Source of the DNA: Feifaniaceae bacterium
Lineage (GTDB): Bacteria; Bacillota; Clostridia; Christensenellales; CAG-138
Length of the DNA: 44,367 bases
NCBI GenBank assembly: GCA_035561315.1
Contig: DATMXR010000112.1
Span: 1-44,367, forward strand
Direction of reading: 5' to 3'
Shown here: piece after piece, positions 9,040 through 17,914 of the stretch
How positions within the stretch are numbered: the stretch's first letter is position 1
Layout: each line of letters starts with the position of its first letter
Notes under the pieces: generated by a model
Database searches by the model: none
Told to the model about the DNA's origin: nothing
The model's input: only the letters and a program-made list of their open reading frames with translations
Made by a program: the position numbers and the translations under genes

Positions 9040-11421
9040 TTATCCTCTTGAATCGTGTTCCGTGCGCGCAATGATGTCGTTCTGCAGCAGCGGATCGATG
9101 GTTGTAAACAGCACGCTGAATCCCGCGACCCGCACCGTAAGCATGGGGTAATTTTCAGGATGTTTCTGCGCGTCCCGAAGCGTGGCGGAATCCACCACGT
9201 TAAACTGGATATGCTGGCCTTTGTTCAGAAAATACGTCCGAATCACGGTGGCCGTTTTTGAGAAATTGTCCCCTTCAAACAGATTGGGATTGAGCTTGAC
9301 ATTTAAAAGCGTGCTGCCCCTCGCCTTATACGGGTCCAGCCCGGTCACGGAGTTGAGCAGCGCCGTCAGCCCTTCGCGGTCGCTCCCATGGCTGCAGGAA
9401 ACGCCGCCGTCGGCAAGCAAGGCAAATTTATGCCTGCCGTCCGGTGTGGCGGCTGTTTTCCCGGCGAACAGCACATGCGACGCAATGCTGTACAGCGCGA
9501 AATTGTAACCCCCTCCGCGCGGCGAGCGGTATTTTTGCACCGTTTTTTCAATATGGTCCACTATTCTTTGTCCGATCTCATCCACCCGGGCGTCGTCCAT
9601 GCCATACTTGGGAAGGCGGAGCATCGTCTGCCGGACATCCTCGCGCCCTTCAAAATCCTGCCGAAGGGCAGTCTTCATTTGATCCCATGTCATCGAATGG
9701 TCGTCATACACCAGCGCCTTGATGGACAGCAGAGCGTCCGCCACATTGGCGATGCCCACCATCTGCAGCGATGTATGGTTGTATTTTGCGCCGCCCTGGA
9801 GGGAGGTCCGCCCGTTTTCCATACAGCCCTGTATAAAAATCGACTCAAACGGCGTGGGGTGCATGTGCCCGTGCAGCGCGTCGAGGATATTGTCGCAGGC
9901 CACCATATGATCTAAAAAGTAATCCACCTGCCTGAGATAGGCGGCGAAAAATTCCTCAAAATCTCCCGTCTGCTCCACCGGCCCGACGTCCAGATCATAC
10001 TGCTTTCCGGCGACGGCGTCGTATCCCCCAAACAGCGTCAGCTCGAGTATTTTCAGGATATTCAGGAACCCGCCCGTCAGCCAGGGCTCGTTGTTGCCCT
10101 GCCCCGTGGTTTCGGTGCAGCCTACGATGGCGTAATCCCTCGCCTCGTCTAGGCTGTAGCCCAATTGCAGCATATTGGGTATGAGCACCTCGTCGTTGAA
10201 CATGGCGGGCAGGCCATACCCCTGCGCCGCCACGCGCAGCGCATGCTCGAAAAAATCCGGCGGGCATCCGTAAAACCAGCGGATGGACAGGGACGGCTGC
10301 GGCAGGCCCACTTTATATGTGGTATCCAGAATCAGGTGCGAAAGCTCGTTTACCGCGCTCCTCCCGTGGATATCCTGCCCGCCCACCATCAGGTTCTGGA
10401 ACATGGGATAGCCGCCGAAGGCCACGGACATGACCTTATCGCGCACCTTGTTCAGTTCGAAGAATTTGATCCAGAGCGTTTGCAAAAGCTCTTCCGCGAA
10501 CGCTTTGGAAATGGTTCCGGAGTCGATATCCGCCCGGAAATAGGGATACATGTACTGGTCGAACCGCCCCGGCGATATGCTGTGGCCGTTCGATTCCAGA
10601 TGGATGACCAAATGAATAAACCAGAAGCTTTGAAGCGCCTGGTAAAAGCTTTGCGCGGGATATGCGGGCACCCTCCTGCAGTTTTCAGCGATCTCCCGCA
10701 GTTCCTCCCGGCGCTGCGCGTCCGCTTCCCCGTCCGCCATTTGATCCGCCAATGCGGCGAACCGCTCCGCAAACGCGACGGCGCTTTTTGCGCTAACGCT
10801 GACCGCCTGATAATAATCCAGTTTTTCCATATAGCGCGGGTCGCCGGGGTCCAACGCTTCCTGCAGGGCGTCCGCTTCCCGCATCACGGCATAAAGCCCT
10901 TTTTGCAGACATGACCTGTAATCCACAATGACATGCCCCACGCCGGAACGCAGCGCCGTGAGCGCGTAAACGAGATCCTCCGCGTACGCTCTCTGCTCTT
11001 TGGAAAACAGCCGCAGCGCCGTATCCGTCAGGCTGTTGCCTTTCCAGAATTCATAAATTTCACGGATGACGCGCTTGTTTTCCTCGCTGACATAGAACCG
11101 GTCCGCCGTGCGCTCGGAAAAGGTATCGAGCTCATCCACCACATATTTAAGATCGTATTCGGGATAGAGCTGGCACCCGCGCGGTCTGCCGGCATAACTC
11201 CCGACGACCAGCTCGTCCTCGGCGATACAGATCTGCATATGCAAAAGCACGTTTTCAAGCGCCTTTGCCTTGCGGTAGAGATTGGTCTGGCCCTGCGTAT
11301 GCCGGTAGCTTTCGGTCACCAGCACCGCCCGGTCCGTAAAAATTTCCGGCGTCGTGCCTATGGTGCGTTCGCGCATCCGCGCGACCCGGGGATAAACCCG
11401 GTCGATCGGCTTTTTTTGCAT
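9040..11421 (-). CDS. Glycyl radical enzyme, PFL-fold, 1,2-eliminase/dehydratase class, substrate unknown
   Basis: 793 aa from MQKKPIDRVYPRV.... The start at 11421 has GGGGGA 5 nt upstream, just after the dmpG-like stop. The C-terminal glycyl-radical motif is TVRVAGFSVLF. The Cys loop IVGCTETTG has a Glu two residues after the Cys. The motif ESNGHSISPGRFDQY is also present. Confidence 0.92.
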   Translation of the reverse strand: MQKKPIDRVYPRVARMRERTIGTTPEIFTDRAVLVTESYRHTQGQTNLYRKAKALENVLLHMQICIAEDELVVGSYAGRPRGCQLYPEYDLKYVVDELDTFSERTADRFYVSEENKRVIREIYEFWKGNSLTDTALRLFSKEQRAYAEDLVYALTALRSGVGHVIVDYRSCLQKGLYAVMREADALQEALDPGDPRYMEKLDYYQAVSVSAKSAVAFAERFAALADQMADGEADAQRREELREIAENCRRVPAYPAQSFYQALQSFWFIHLVIHLESNGHSISPGRFDQYMYPYFRADIDSGTISKAFAEELLQTLWIKFFELNKVRDKVMSVAFGGYPMFQNLMVGGQDIHGRSAVNELSHLILDTTYKVGLPQPSLSIRWFYGCPPDFFEHALRVAAQGYGLPAMFNDEVLIPNMLQLGYSLDEARDYAIVGCTETTGQGNNEPWLTGGFLNILKILELTLFGGYDAVAGKQYDLDVGPVEQTGDFEEFFAAYLRQVDYFLDHMVACDNILDALHGHMHPTPFESIFIQGCMENGRTSLQGGAKYNHTSLQMVGIANVADALLSIKALVYDDHSMTWDQMKTALRQDFEGREDVRQTMLRLPKYGMDDARVDEIGQRIVDHIEKTVQKYRSPRGGGYNFALYSIASHVLFAGKTAATPDGRHKFALLADGGVSCSHGSDREGLTALLNSVTGLDPYKARGSTLLNVKLNPNLFEGDNFSKTATVIRTYFLNKGQHIQFNVVDSATLRDAQKHPENYPMLTVRVAGFSVLFTTIDPLLQNDIIARTEHDSRG

Positions 11422-11434
11422 GTCCGTCCCCCGC

Positions 11435-12439
11435 TTACCGTTTTTGCTGCGCAAGCTCGTACGCCACCTCAAGGCAGATATGCTCCTGCCCTTCCGTGCA
11501 GGAACGCCTGCCCACCTCCAGGATGATGTCCCGCGGGTCCACGCCATACTTCTGCCCCGCGCGGCGCGCAAAAAGCAGAAAGCTCGAATAGCAGCCCGCA
11601 TAGCCCAGCATGATCTGGTCGCTGGCAAGCTCCATCGGCGCCGGCATCAGCGGCTTCAAATAGCGGTCGCCGACATCCATGGCCTTATAGAGATCCACGC
11701 CCGTATGGACGCCCCGCTTCTGCAGCGCGGCTGCAAAAGGCTCAACGGGGCAATTGCCCGCGCCCGCGCCAAATCCCTTTAAACAACAATCGATATGCGT
11801 TGCTCCCGCTTCCACGGCGGCTAGGGAATTGGCCACCGCCAGCGACAGATTGTTATGGCCGTGAAAGCCTATTTCCACATCGATCGCCTTGCGCATGGCG
11901 CTGACGCGCTCAAACACCTGCTCGGGCAGCATGGCGCCGCCGCCGTCGAGCAGGTATACCACTTCCGACCCGAACGATTCGGACATCTGCGCATATTTTA
12001 CGGTGGACTCCACATCCAGCGGCGCCGCGTGCGGCAGCAGGGTGCGGGGCTGAAAGCCCATTTCCTTCGCCATTTGGATATGCTGCTTCGCGATATCGCA
12101 CTCCGTGATCTGCGTGGCGAGCCGCGCGATGGACACCCCGTAATCGCGCGCCATCCGCAGCTCGTGCCTTGTGCCGATACCGGGGATGATCACGATGCAC
12201 AGCTCGGTATTATGAACGGCCGCCGATACCTTTTGTATATACTCCAGGTCGCTGGAGGCGGCCATTCCATACTGCAGGGAGGAGCCCGCGAGGCCGTTCC
12301 CGTGGCCGAATTCCATAGAATCCACGCCGATCGTATCGATCTGCGCGGCAAGGTTCCCCATGGTTTCCGCGGTGAACGAATGGCTGACGGCGTGCATGCC
12401 GTCCCGCAGCGTTACATCGAGTATTTTGATCTCTTTCAT
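11435..12439 (-). CDS. dmpG: 4-hydroxy-2-oxovalerate (4-hydroxy-2-oxoacid) aldolase, DmpG/MhpE/BphI family
   Basis: Family motifs are [20 protein letters not shown] and [23 protein letters not shown]. It is 334 aa and overlaps the preceding dmpF-like gene by 4 nt. Confidence 0.9.
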   Translation of the reverse strand: MKEIKILDVTLRDGMHAVSHSFTAETMGNLAAQIDTIGVDSMEFGHGNGLAGSSLQYGMAASSDLEYIQKVSAAVHNTELCIVIIPGIGTRHELRMARDYGVSIARLATQITECDIAKQHIQMAKEMGFQPRTLLPHAAPLDVESTVKYAQMSESFGSEVVYLLDGGGAMLPEQVFERVSAMRKAIDVEIGFHGHNNLSLAVANSLAAVEAGATHIDCCLKGFGAGAGNCPVEPFAAALQKRGVHTGVDLYKAMDVGDRYLKPLMPAPMELASDQIMLGYAGCYSSFLLFARRAGQKYGVDPRDIILEVGRRSCTEGQEHICLEVAYELAQQKR

Positions 12440-13326
12440 ACCGCTTCCCCCGCGCCGCTTGCAAGCAGCCTTTCCGCAATCCGCTCCGCGACCGCGACCG
12501 CCGCGCTGGTCTCGATATCGAGGTTGCCGCTGTACTTGGGCAGATAATCCCCCGCGCCCTCTACCTCCACCATGACCGTGACGCGGTCCCCTTCAAATAT
12601 CGGCGGGATCTTCAGGCGATAACCCGGCACATATTTTTTTACCTTCTCCACGGCCTCCAGCACCGAACGGGTGACTGCGCCCTCGTCCGCATCCTTTACC
12701 GTGCAATAAATCGTATTGTTCATGATCATGGGCGGCTCGGCGGGGTTGAGCAGTATGATGGCCTTGGAGCGCCTCGCCCTCCCCACCTCGCACAGCCCGC
12801 GCGCAGTCGTCTGCGTGAATTCGTCTATGCTTTCCCGCGTGCCGATGCCCGCGCTTTTGCTCGCGATGGTCGCCACGATTTCGGCGTACGTGATCTCCGC
12901 CGCCCTGCTGATCGCGTAGACAATGGGGATTGTGGCCTGGCCGCCGCAGGTAATGAGATTGATATTGTCCGCGTCCAGATTCTGCTCCATATTCACGGTC
13001 GGGACGACATATTTCCCGACTGCGGCGGGCGTCAGGTCGATCGCCTTCTTGCCCGCGGCTTTAAGCAGCGGCGCGTGCGCCTGGTGCGCCGAAGCGAGCG
13101 TCGCGTCAAAAACGATTTTGATATCCGGCCGGGCAAGCACCGCCTGTATTCCCTCCGTGGATACGTCGAAGCCCTCTTCCCTGGCAAGCGCAATTCCCTT
13201 GGATTCCATGATGCCCGTCACCAGATCGAGCTGCATGAACCTGCTTCTCGTCCTGATCTTGTACATCAGATCCATGCCGATATTTCCCGGGCCGATGATC
13301 GCGGCCTTTATTTTCCCGTGACTCAA
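12436..13326 (-). CDS. dmpF: Acetaldehyde/aldehyde dehydrogenase (CoA-acylating), DmpF/MhpF family
   Basis: The Rossmann motif is [17 protein letters not shown]. The catalytic-Cys context is [11 protein letters not shown]. It is 296 aa. Confidence 0.9.
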   Translation of the reverse strand: MSHGKIKAAIIGPGNIGMDLMYKIRTRSRFMQLDLVTGIMESKGIALAREEGFDVSTEGIQAVLARPDIKIVFDATLASAHQAHAPLLKAAGKKAIDLTPAAVGKYVVPTVNMEQNLDADNINLITCGGQATIPIVYAISRAAEITYAEIVATIASKSAGIGTRESIDEFTQTTARGLCEVGRARRSKAIILLNPAEPPMIMNNTIYCTVKDADEGAVTRSVLEAVEKVKKYVPGYRLKIPPIFEGDRVTVMVEVEGAGDYLPKYSGNLDIETSAAVAVAERIAERLLASGAGEAV

Positions 13327-13357
13327 GGCTATCGTCCTCCTTCCGCTTTTTGGCCCC

Positions 13358-13738
13358 CTAAAGCAGCAGCGCGGGCTTCATGCCGGGCTCATCGTACCAG
13401 TACCACAGCCTGCCGATGATCTCGTCCGGCCGCTCGTCCGTATCCGTTTCCTGAATCCAGGTCCGGTCGTCCTCATGCTTTTTTTCCGCATAATGCACAT
13501 GGTGGGATTCTTTTCCGTCCGTTTCGATATAGAAGGACTCCCACGGCTGCCGGAGCAGATTTTCTTTCGCGGGGACGGAATACAGCACCCACTTCACCCG
13601 CCAGAACGGGATCAGGTACCAGGTATACCCCGCGTAGTTTTTTTCATATTCTCCCGGCCCCCCAAAGTCCAGGGGCGCCAGCCCCATTTTACGGCATGCG
13701 CCGTGAATCTCTGCGACGGTTGTAAGAGGGGTTTTCAT
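13358..13738 (-). CDS. Hypothetical protein (126 aa, Trp/Tyr-rich, acidic C-terminal half), no family recognised
   Basis: The ORF was trimmed to the ATG at 13738 ([13 protein letters not shown]...), which has AGGAG 7 nt upstream, overlapping the end of the transaldolase-like gene. It is embedded co-directionally in the GRE operon. I could not recognise any motif. Confidence 0.5.
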   Translation of the reverse strand: MKTPLTTVAEIHGACRKMGLAPLDFGGPGEYEKNYAGYTWYLIPFWRVKWVLYSVPAKENLLRQPWESFYIETDGKESHHVHYAEKKHEDDRTWIQETDTDERPDEIIGRLWYWYDEPGMKPALLL

Positions 13739-13748
13739 AATGGCTCTC

Positions 13749-14447
13749 CTATTCCGCGATGCCTTCGAGCTTGATCTTATCCCGCATGTATTCCACATCC
13801 TCGCCCTTCACGTTGGCCCAATTCTTGGCGAACAGCGCCTCGGCCCGATGGGTGAGCACATGGCCCATCATCTTTTGCAGCAGCGGATAGCGGAGGGCGA
13901 CGGCATCCGTTCCGGCCAGGAACGCGCCGTCCACGTCCGCAATCCCCTTCATGCTCACGGCAAATATCTCGGGCGCATGTTCCATTTCCCGATAGCATTT
14001 TTTGATGCCGCTGATAATGCCGAACATATCGATGCCTTCCTCCCGCGCGCGGGAAACGAACGGGCAAATGCCATAGGCCCCGACCATTGCCGCAACCGCC
14101 GCCTGGGACACCGAAAACAGGCAGGTGGCGATGCAGTCGATTCCCTTTTTCTGCAGGCACGCGATCGCCTCAAATCCCTTTTCATCGGCGATGATCTTCG
14201 CGCATACGCGGTCGGACAGTTTCCTGAGCTCCACCGCCCTGTCCACGATGGCGTCGGCATTGGGGCCGTGTACCTGTATAAACACGGGGGTGTCGCTTAC
14301 GTCCAAAATAGCCTTGGTGATCTCCGTCAATGTCAGTTCGCCCTTATAATACTGCTCAAAGCCCTGCGGGTTTGTCAGTATGCCCGCAACGCCGAGCTCC
14401 GTGCATTTTTTGATATCCTCAATAGATCCCGCGCCGTAAATTTTCAT
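13749..14447 (-). CDS. Transaldolase / fructose-6-phosphate aldolase family protein (TalC/Fsa-like, short class)
   Basis: 232 aa. GVAGILTNPQGF resembles LAGVTTNPS. The Schiff-base Lys context VCAKIIADEKGFEAI...GIDCIATCLFS resembles VVKVPVTAEGLAAI...GIPTLGTAVYG of E. coli FsaA, recalled from memory. The N-terminal motif reads IYGAGS where Fsa/Tal have (L/V)DT(S/A). Confidence 0.82.
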   Translation of the reverse strand: MKIYGAGSIEDIKKCTELGVAGILTNPQGFEQYYKGELTLTEITKAILDVSDTPVFIQVHGPNADAIVDRAVELRKLSDRVCAKIIADEKGFEAIACLQKKGIDCIATCLFSVSQAAVAAMVGAYGICPFVSRAREEGIDMFGIISGIKKCYREMEHAPEIFAVSMKGIADVDGAFLAGTDAVALRYPLLQKMMGHVLTHRAEALFAKNWANVKGEDVEYMRDKIKLEGIAE

Positions 14448-14467
14448 AACCCATCCTCCTGTGTTTT

Positions 14468-15688
14468 TTATAGATTGCCGTCCAGTATGCCGTTTATCAT
14501 GTTGTTGGTAAGAGCCAGCGCTCCGGCCTTATCCATCCGCCTCGGGTTCTTGGGCCTAAAATACTCTTCCATAAGTTTCTGCGCGAACCCCGCCGCGTCA
14601 TCCGGGGTATACCCGAGTTCCCGCAGTGTGACCGGAAGCCCCGACAGCTTCACCAGCTCCGAAAAACAGGCGATCGTCTGCTCCGCATTCTCCGTATGGA
14701 AGCGGCCGGACCGGTTGATCGCCGGAGCAAGCGCGTCCAGCACGGGCGCGATCTGCTTTTTGTTATAGGCGAGCGTATAGGGCAGCGCCAGCGCGCAGCC
14801 GAGGCCGTGCGGCGCACCTTTTTCCGTCGTCAATATGTAGGATACGCTGTGCGCGTAGAGCCCGCCGCCCTGCGTATAGGCAAGCATGCCCATCACGGAG
14901 GCGAACGACATATAATACCTGGCTGCAAGATTATCGCCGTTTTCTATCGCGAGGGGCAAATACGTAAACACCAGCTCCACGCATTGCGCCGCCATGGCCA
15001 GGGTGAACGGATTGGTCTGCCCGCAGACGCCCTCTACGCCGTGCGTCAGGGCGTCGAGCCCTGTGGCCGCCGTGACCCTGGGGGGCATCGTAGCCGTCAG
15101 CAGCGGGTCCACCAGCGCCGCGTCGGCATACAGATGGGGGCTTGCGATATACAGCTTCTTGCCGTTGTCGCTGGCCACGATATACGGGCTGACCTCGCTC
15201 CCCGTTCCCGACGTGGTAGGCATCAATATCGTGGGCAGCGAGCCCGTGATAAGCCCGCCGTCCCGCATAAGCGCATCCGCGTCGTGCTCCGATTTAGCAA
15301 CCACGCCCGCCAGCTTGCCTACATCCATGCTGCTGCCGCCGCCCAGGCCGATTACGATGTCTATGCCCTTTTCTTTTACCAGGCGCTCCACATCCCTGAG
15401 ATTGTCCATATGCGGTTCGGGCGCAACGTCGCTGTATACAAACGCCCCGATGCCGCTTGCCGCAAGAGACTCCATAACCGTTTGATGCATGCCCAGCGAT
15501 ACGATGGTTTTGTCCGTAACGATCAGGGCGGTTGTTCCGCCCAATGCCTGCGCCGTTTTGCCCGCTTTCTGCGCCGCGCCGAAACCGAACAGCAGCCTGC
15601 CGTTCGGCTTCGTCCCCGGGAACTGTATGGTAATTTCCTGCCGCAGCGCTTCGGGCAGCGCCTCCAATGCCTGCCGTATGTTACTCAT
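14468..15688 (-). CDS. Iron-containing (group III) alcohol dehydrogenase
   Basis: 406 aa with the GLGGGSSMDVGK motif and His-containing metal-site regions (LDALTHGVEG, LYAHSVSY). It overlaps the kinase gene by 4 nt. Confidence 0.9.
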   Translation of the reverse strand: MSNIRQALEALPEALRQEITIQFPGTKPNGRLLFGFGAAQKAGKTAQALGGTTALIVTDKTIVSLGMHQTVMESLAASGIGAFVYSDVAPEPHMDNLRDVERLVKEKGIDIVIGLGGGSSMDVGKLAGVVAKSEHDADALMRDGGLITGSLPTILMPTTSGTGSEVSPYIVASDNGKKLYIASPHLYADAALVDPLLTATMPPRVTAATGLDALTHGVEGVCGQTNPFTLAMAAQCVELVFTYLPLAIENGDNLAARYYMSFASVMGMLAYTQGGGLYAHSVSYILTTEKGAPHGLGCALALPYTLAYNKKQIAPVLDALAPAINRSGRFHTENAEQTIACFSELVKLSGLPVTLRELGYTPDDAAGFAQKLMEEYFRPKNPRRMDKAGALALTNNMINGILDGNL

Positions 15689-16635
15689 GCGCCCACTTCC
15701 TTCCTGAATGCTTCAAGTTCTTCCCATGTCGGCATGCCGCCCCTGGTGCCGAATACGCGGCAGTTGTGCGCCCCGCACAGGTTGCCCACCGTAACCGCCT
15801 CCTCCATATCCGCCCCGCGGGAGAGCGCATACGCCACGCCGCCGTGGAACGCGTCCCCGGCGCCGACCGTATCCGCGACCTCCACCCGATAGGCGGGTTT
15901 ATGGCGAAGCGCCCCCGCGTCGTCGATATAATAGGCCCCGTTGCCGCCGGCCGACATGATCACAGGCTTTTTGAATTCTTCATGCATGTTCACGGCGATT
16001 TCGATATCGGTGCGCTCCGGATACAGCGTCGTCATCGCGGCGGCGTTTGGCATCAATATGTCCGCCAGGGAGCAGATCCGCTCAAACTCCTCTTTTGTGC
16101 CCACGCATTGCCTGGCGGGGTCCAGATCCAGATCGACCACGATTTTTGCATGGTTTCGTTTGGCAAGCGCGCAAAAATCGGCCACAAGCTTCAGGGGAAT
16201 CTCCCCCACTTCCACCATGGCAATGCTCCCCCGGGTCAGCGCGCCCGCAAGAAAAGCGAGCTCCCCGCCCGTCAGTGTCACAAGGCTGTTGGGAATTAAA
16301 AACCCGCAGCTTCTGCGCATTTCCTCCCCCGCATACGCCGCAAGGTTGAACGGGGAGCAATGCTCATTGCTGCGTATGATTTTGCCGCAGTCAATCCCCT
16401 CCGTTTCCAGTGAGGCGATGATCCGCTCCCCGAGTATGTCGTTCCCGAGTTTCCCGAGGTAAATAGATTTACAGCCCAGACGCGCTACCTGTGTGAGCGC
16501 GTTGGCCGCCGATCCTCCCCCCATGCATATCGTTTTTCGCGCGAGCAGTTTTTCTTTATAGCCGGGCCCGAAATCGGCGGTCTGAATTCTGAAATCCAAC
16601 GTTGCGGTGCCAAAACCAAATACACAGTTCTCCAT
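15685..16635 (-). CDS. PfkB-family carbohydrate kinase
   Basis: It has GGGSAANA near the N-terminus and the C-terminal DTVGAGDAFHGG anion-hole motif. It is the first gene of the minus-strand operon. RBS GAGGG lies upstream. Confidence 0.9.
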   Translation of the reverse strand: MENCVFGFGTATLDFRIQTADFGPGYKEKLLARKTICMGGGSAANALTQVARLGCKSIYLGKLGNDILGERIIASLETEGIDCGKIIRSNEHCSPFNLAAYAGEEMRRSCGFLIPNSLVTLTGGELAFLAGALTRGSIAMVEVGEIPLKLVADFCALAKRNHAKIVVDLDLDPARQCVGTKEEFERICSLADILMPNAAAMTTLYPERTDIEIAVNMHEEFKKPVIMSAGGNGAYYIDDAGALRHKPAYRVEVADTVGAGDAFHGGVAYALSRGADMEEAVTVGNLCGAHNCRVFGTRGGMPTWEELEAFRKEVGA

Positions 16636-16719
16636 ACATCCCTCTTGTCAGCGCCCCTAGCGCAAAAACTGGGCATCCTTGTGTTTTGTAGTTAAGCATA
16701 AATGAAATATCTTGTCATC

Positions 16720-16784
16720 ATATCTCAAAGAACACAGTACCTTTCTCCTCCTATTCGAAATTTTCTCCACTTGTGTTCCCCGCG
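16720..16784 (+). repeat. 65-bp direct repeat, copy 1 (64/65 identical to 22521-22585)
   Basis: The sequence is atatctcaaagaacAcagtacctttctcctcctattcgaaattttctccacttgtgttccccgcg. It lies 85 bp upstream of the pfkB-like ATG on the minus strand and 127 bp downstream of the DapA-family gene stop. It contains an internal inverted repeat GAACACA...TGTGTTC around a pyrimidine-rich core, which reads AGGAGGAGAAAGG on the minus strand. Confidence 0.95.
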
Positions 16785-16910
16785 GCGGCAACACGAACTC
16801 TGCCTGGAACGGATATTGCTCCGGCATAAATCGCCTGTTTATTTGTTTTACCTGAACGCCTCCGCCGCCGCATGAAGAGCGAATTCACGCTCTATTCCGT
16901 ATCCGTGGCT

Positions 16911-17843
16911 TTACGCAGGCACAATTCCCAATCGTCTGCGAAGCTTTGTTTCTTCTGCATGCAACGCCCGAATCTCGGCTTTGAGGTCCTCTGTAAGAAC
17001 GGAAGGATCTTTTGCGCGGGTGCGCAGGCTGCAGGGGATGCCCTCCAAATTCAGATGATATTTGGCCGAAACGGGATAAGATCCCTTGTGCACGTTACCC
17101 GCCCAGCATATCCACTCCTGCACCTCAGCGGCCAGTTCGGGATGCTGCCTGTAATTTTCATAATACCAGCGGTATATATCGATGTGGTAATTCCCCATGA
17201 TGCCATTGTAGCCCACGTATCCATGCGGAAAGGAGTTAAACAGCGTTTCTGCGTTCGCATTGTAAAGTCCAAGGCTTGTGCCGCGGACAGCCGCGGCACG
17301 TTCCTGCTGGATGGCTGCGTTGCAGCTGACGTCCTTTAAAAACAGGATGCGCCCCGTGTCCGCAATCAGCTTGAGTTCTTCTAGTGAAAGCAGCCGCAGG
17401 AACGGATAGGGACATTCGTATAAGCCAAAATTCACGTCCGGCAGAGCTGACAAAATATGCTCCATATTTTCAAGGAAGGCGTCCTTATCCTCCTCCTTGC
17501 GTGCAAGGCGATTGGTCACCATTACCACGGCGTCAACGCCGGTTTCCGAAATTCTTCCAAGCTCTTCGATCTGATCGCCTATTTTAATGGAAGTATGGCC
17601 TGAAGCGATCACGGGGACGCGCCCTTGCGCCGCTTCCAGCACGCACCTTGCCAGGTCCGTTTTTTCCTGCTGAGACAAAAAGAACATCTCGCTTGATTGG
17701 CAAACGGCGAATATGCCGTGGGCGCCTTTTCGAATGAGCCAGTCCGTCAATGCAGCGTTCGCCTTAAAATCCAGTTTATTGTTATTATCGAATAAAGTAA
17801 TCATTGTGGGCCAAACGCCCGGTGCTAAAGTTTTCTTGTTCAT
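16911..17843 (-). CDS. Dihydrodipicolinate synthase / N-acetylneuraminate lyase family (class I pyruvate aldolase/dehydratase) protein
   Basis: 310 aa. The family layout includes a Tyr motif (LYECPYP) and a Schiff-base Lys context (ILFLKDVSCN). The usual G(S/T)TGE motif reads CQSSE. Confidence 0.82.
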   Translation of the reverse strand: MNKKTLAPGVWPTMITLFDNNNKLDFKANAALTDWLIRKGAHGIFAVCQSSEMFFLSQQEKTDLARCVLEAAQGRVPVIASGHTSIKIGDQIEELGRISETGVDAVVMVTNRLARKEEDKDAFLENMEHILSALPDVNFGLYECPYPFLRLLSLEELKLIADTGRILFLKDVSCNAAIQQERAAAVRGTSLGLYNANAETLFNSFPHGYVGYNGIMGNYHIDIYRWYYENYRQHPELAAEVQEWICWAGNVHKGSYPVSAKYHLNLEGIPCSLRTRAKDPSVLTEDLKAEIRALHAEETKLRRRLGIVPA

Positions 17844-17914
17844 AGCTGCCTCTCTGCTGCTTAAAATTGTGTATGAATGACGTCCCTTTTACGCTTGCCA
17901 AGCGGCTTGCTTCC

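Noticed and set aside
11422-11628. A 69-codon N-terminal extension of the GRE ORF that overlaps the dmpG-like gene.
   Set aside because: The extension is Arg/Trp/Ala-rich with no similarity to GRE N-termini. The internal ATG at 11421 has an RBS right after the dmpG stop and gives a normal 793-aa GRE.
16730-16760. A short ORF inside repeat copy 1 on the minus strand. A GTG 9 nt after AGGAGGAGAAAGG would encode a 5-residue peptide (VFFEI-stop).
   Set aside because: The GTG is destroyed in copy 2 by the only substitution between the copies (GCG). A conserved leader peptide is therefore unlikely.
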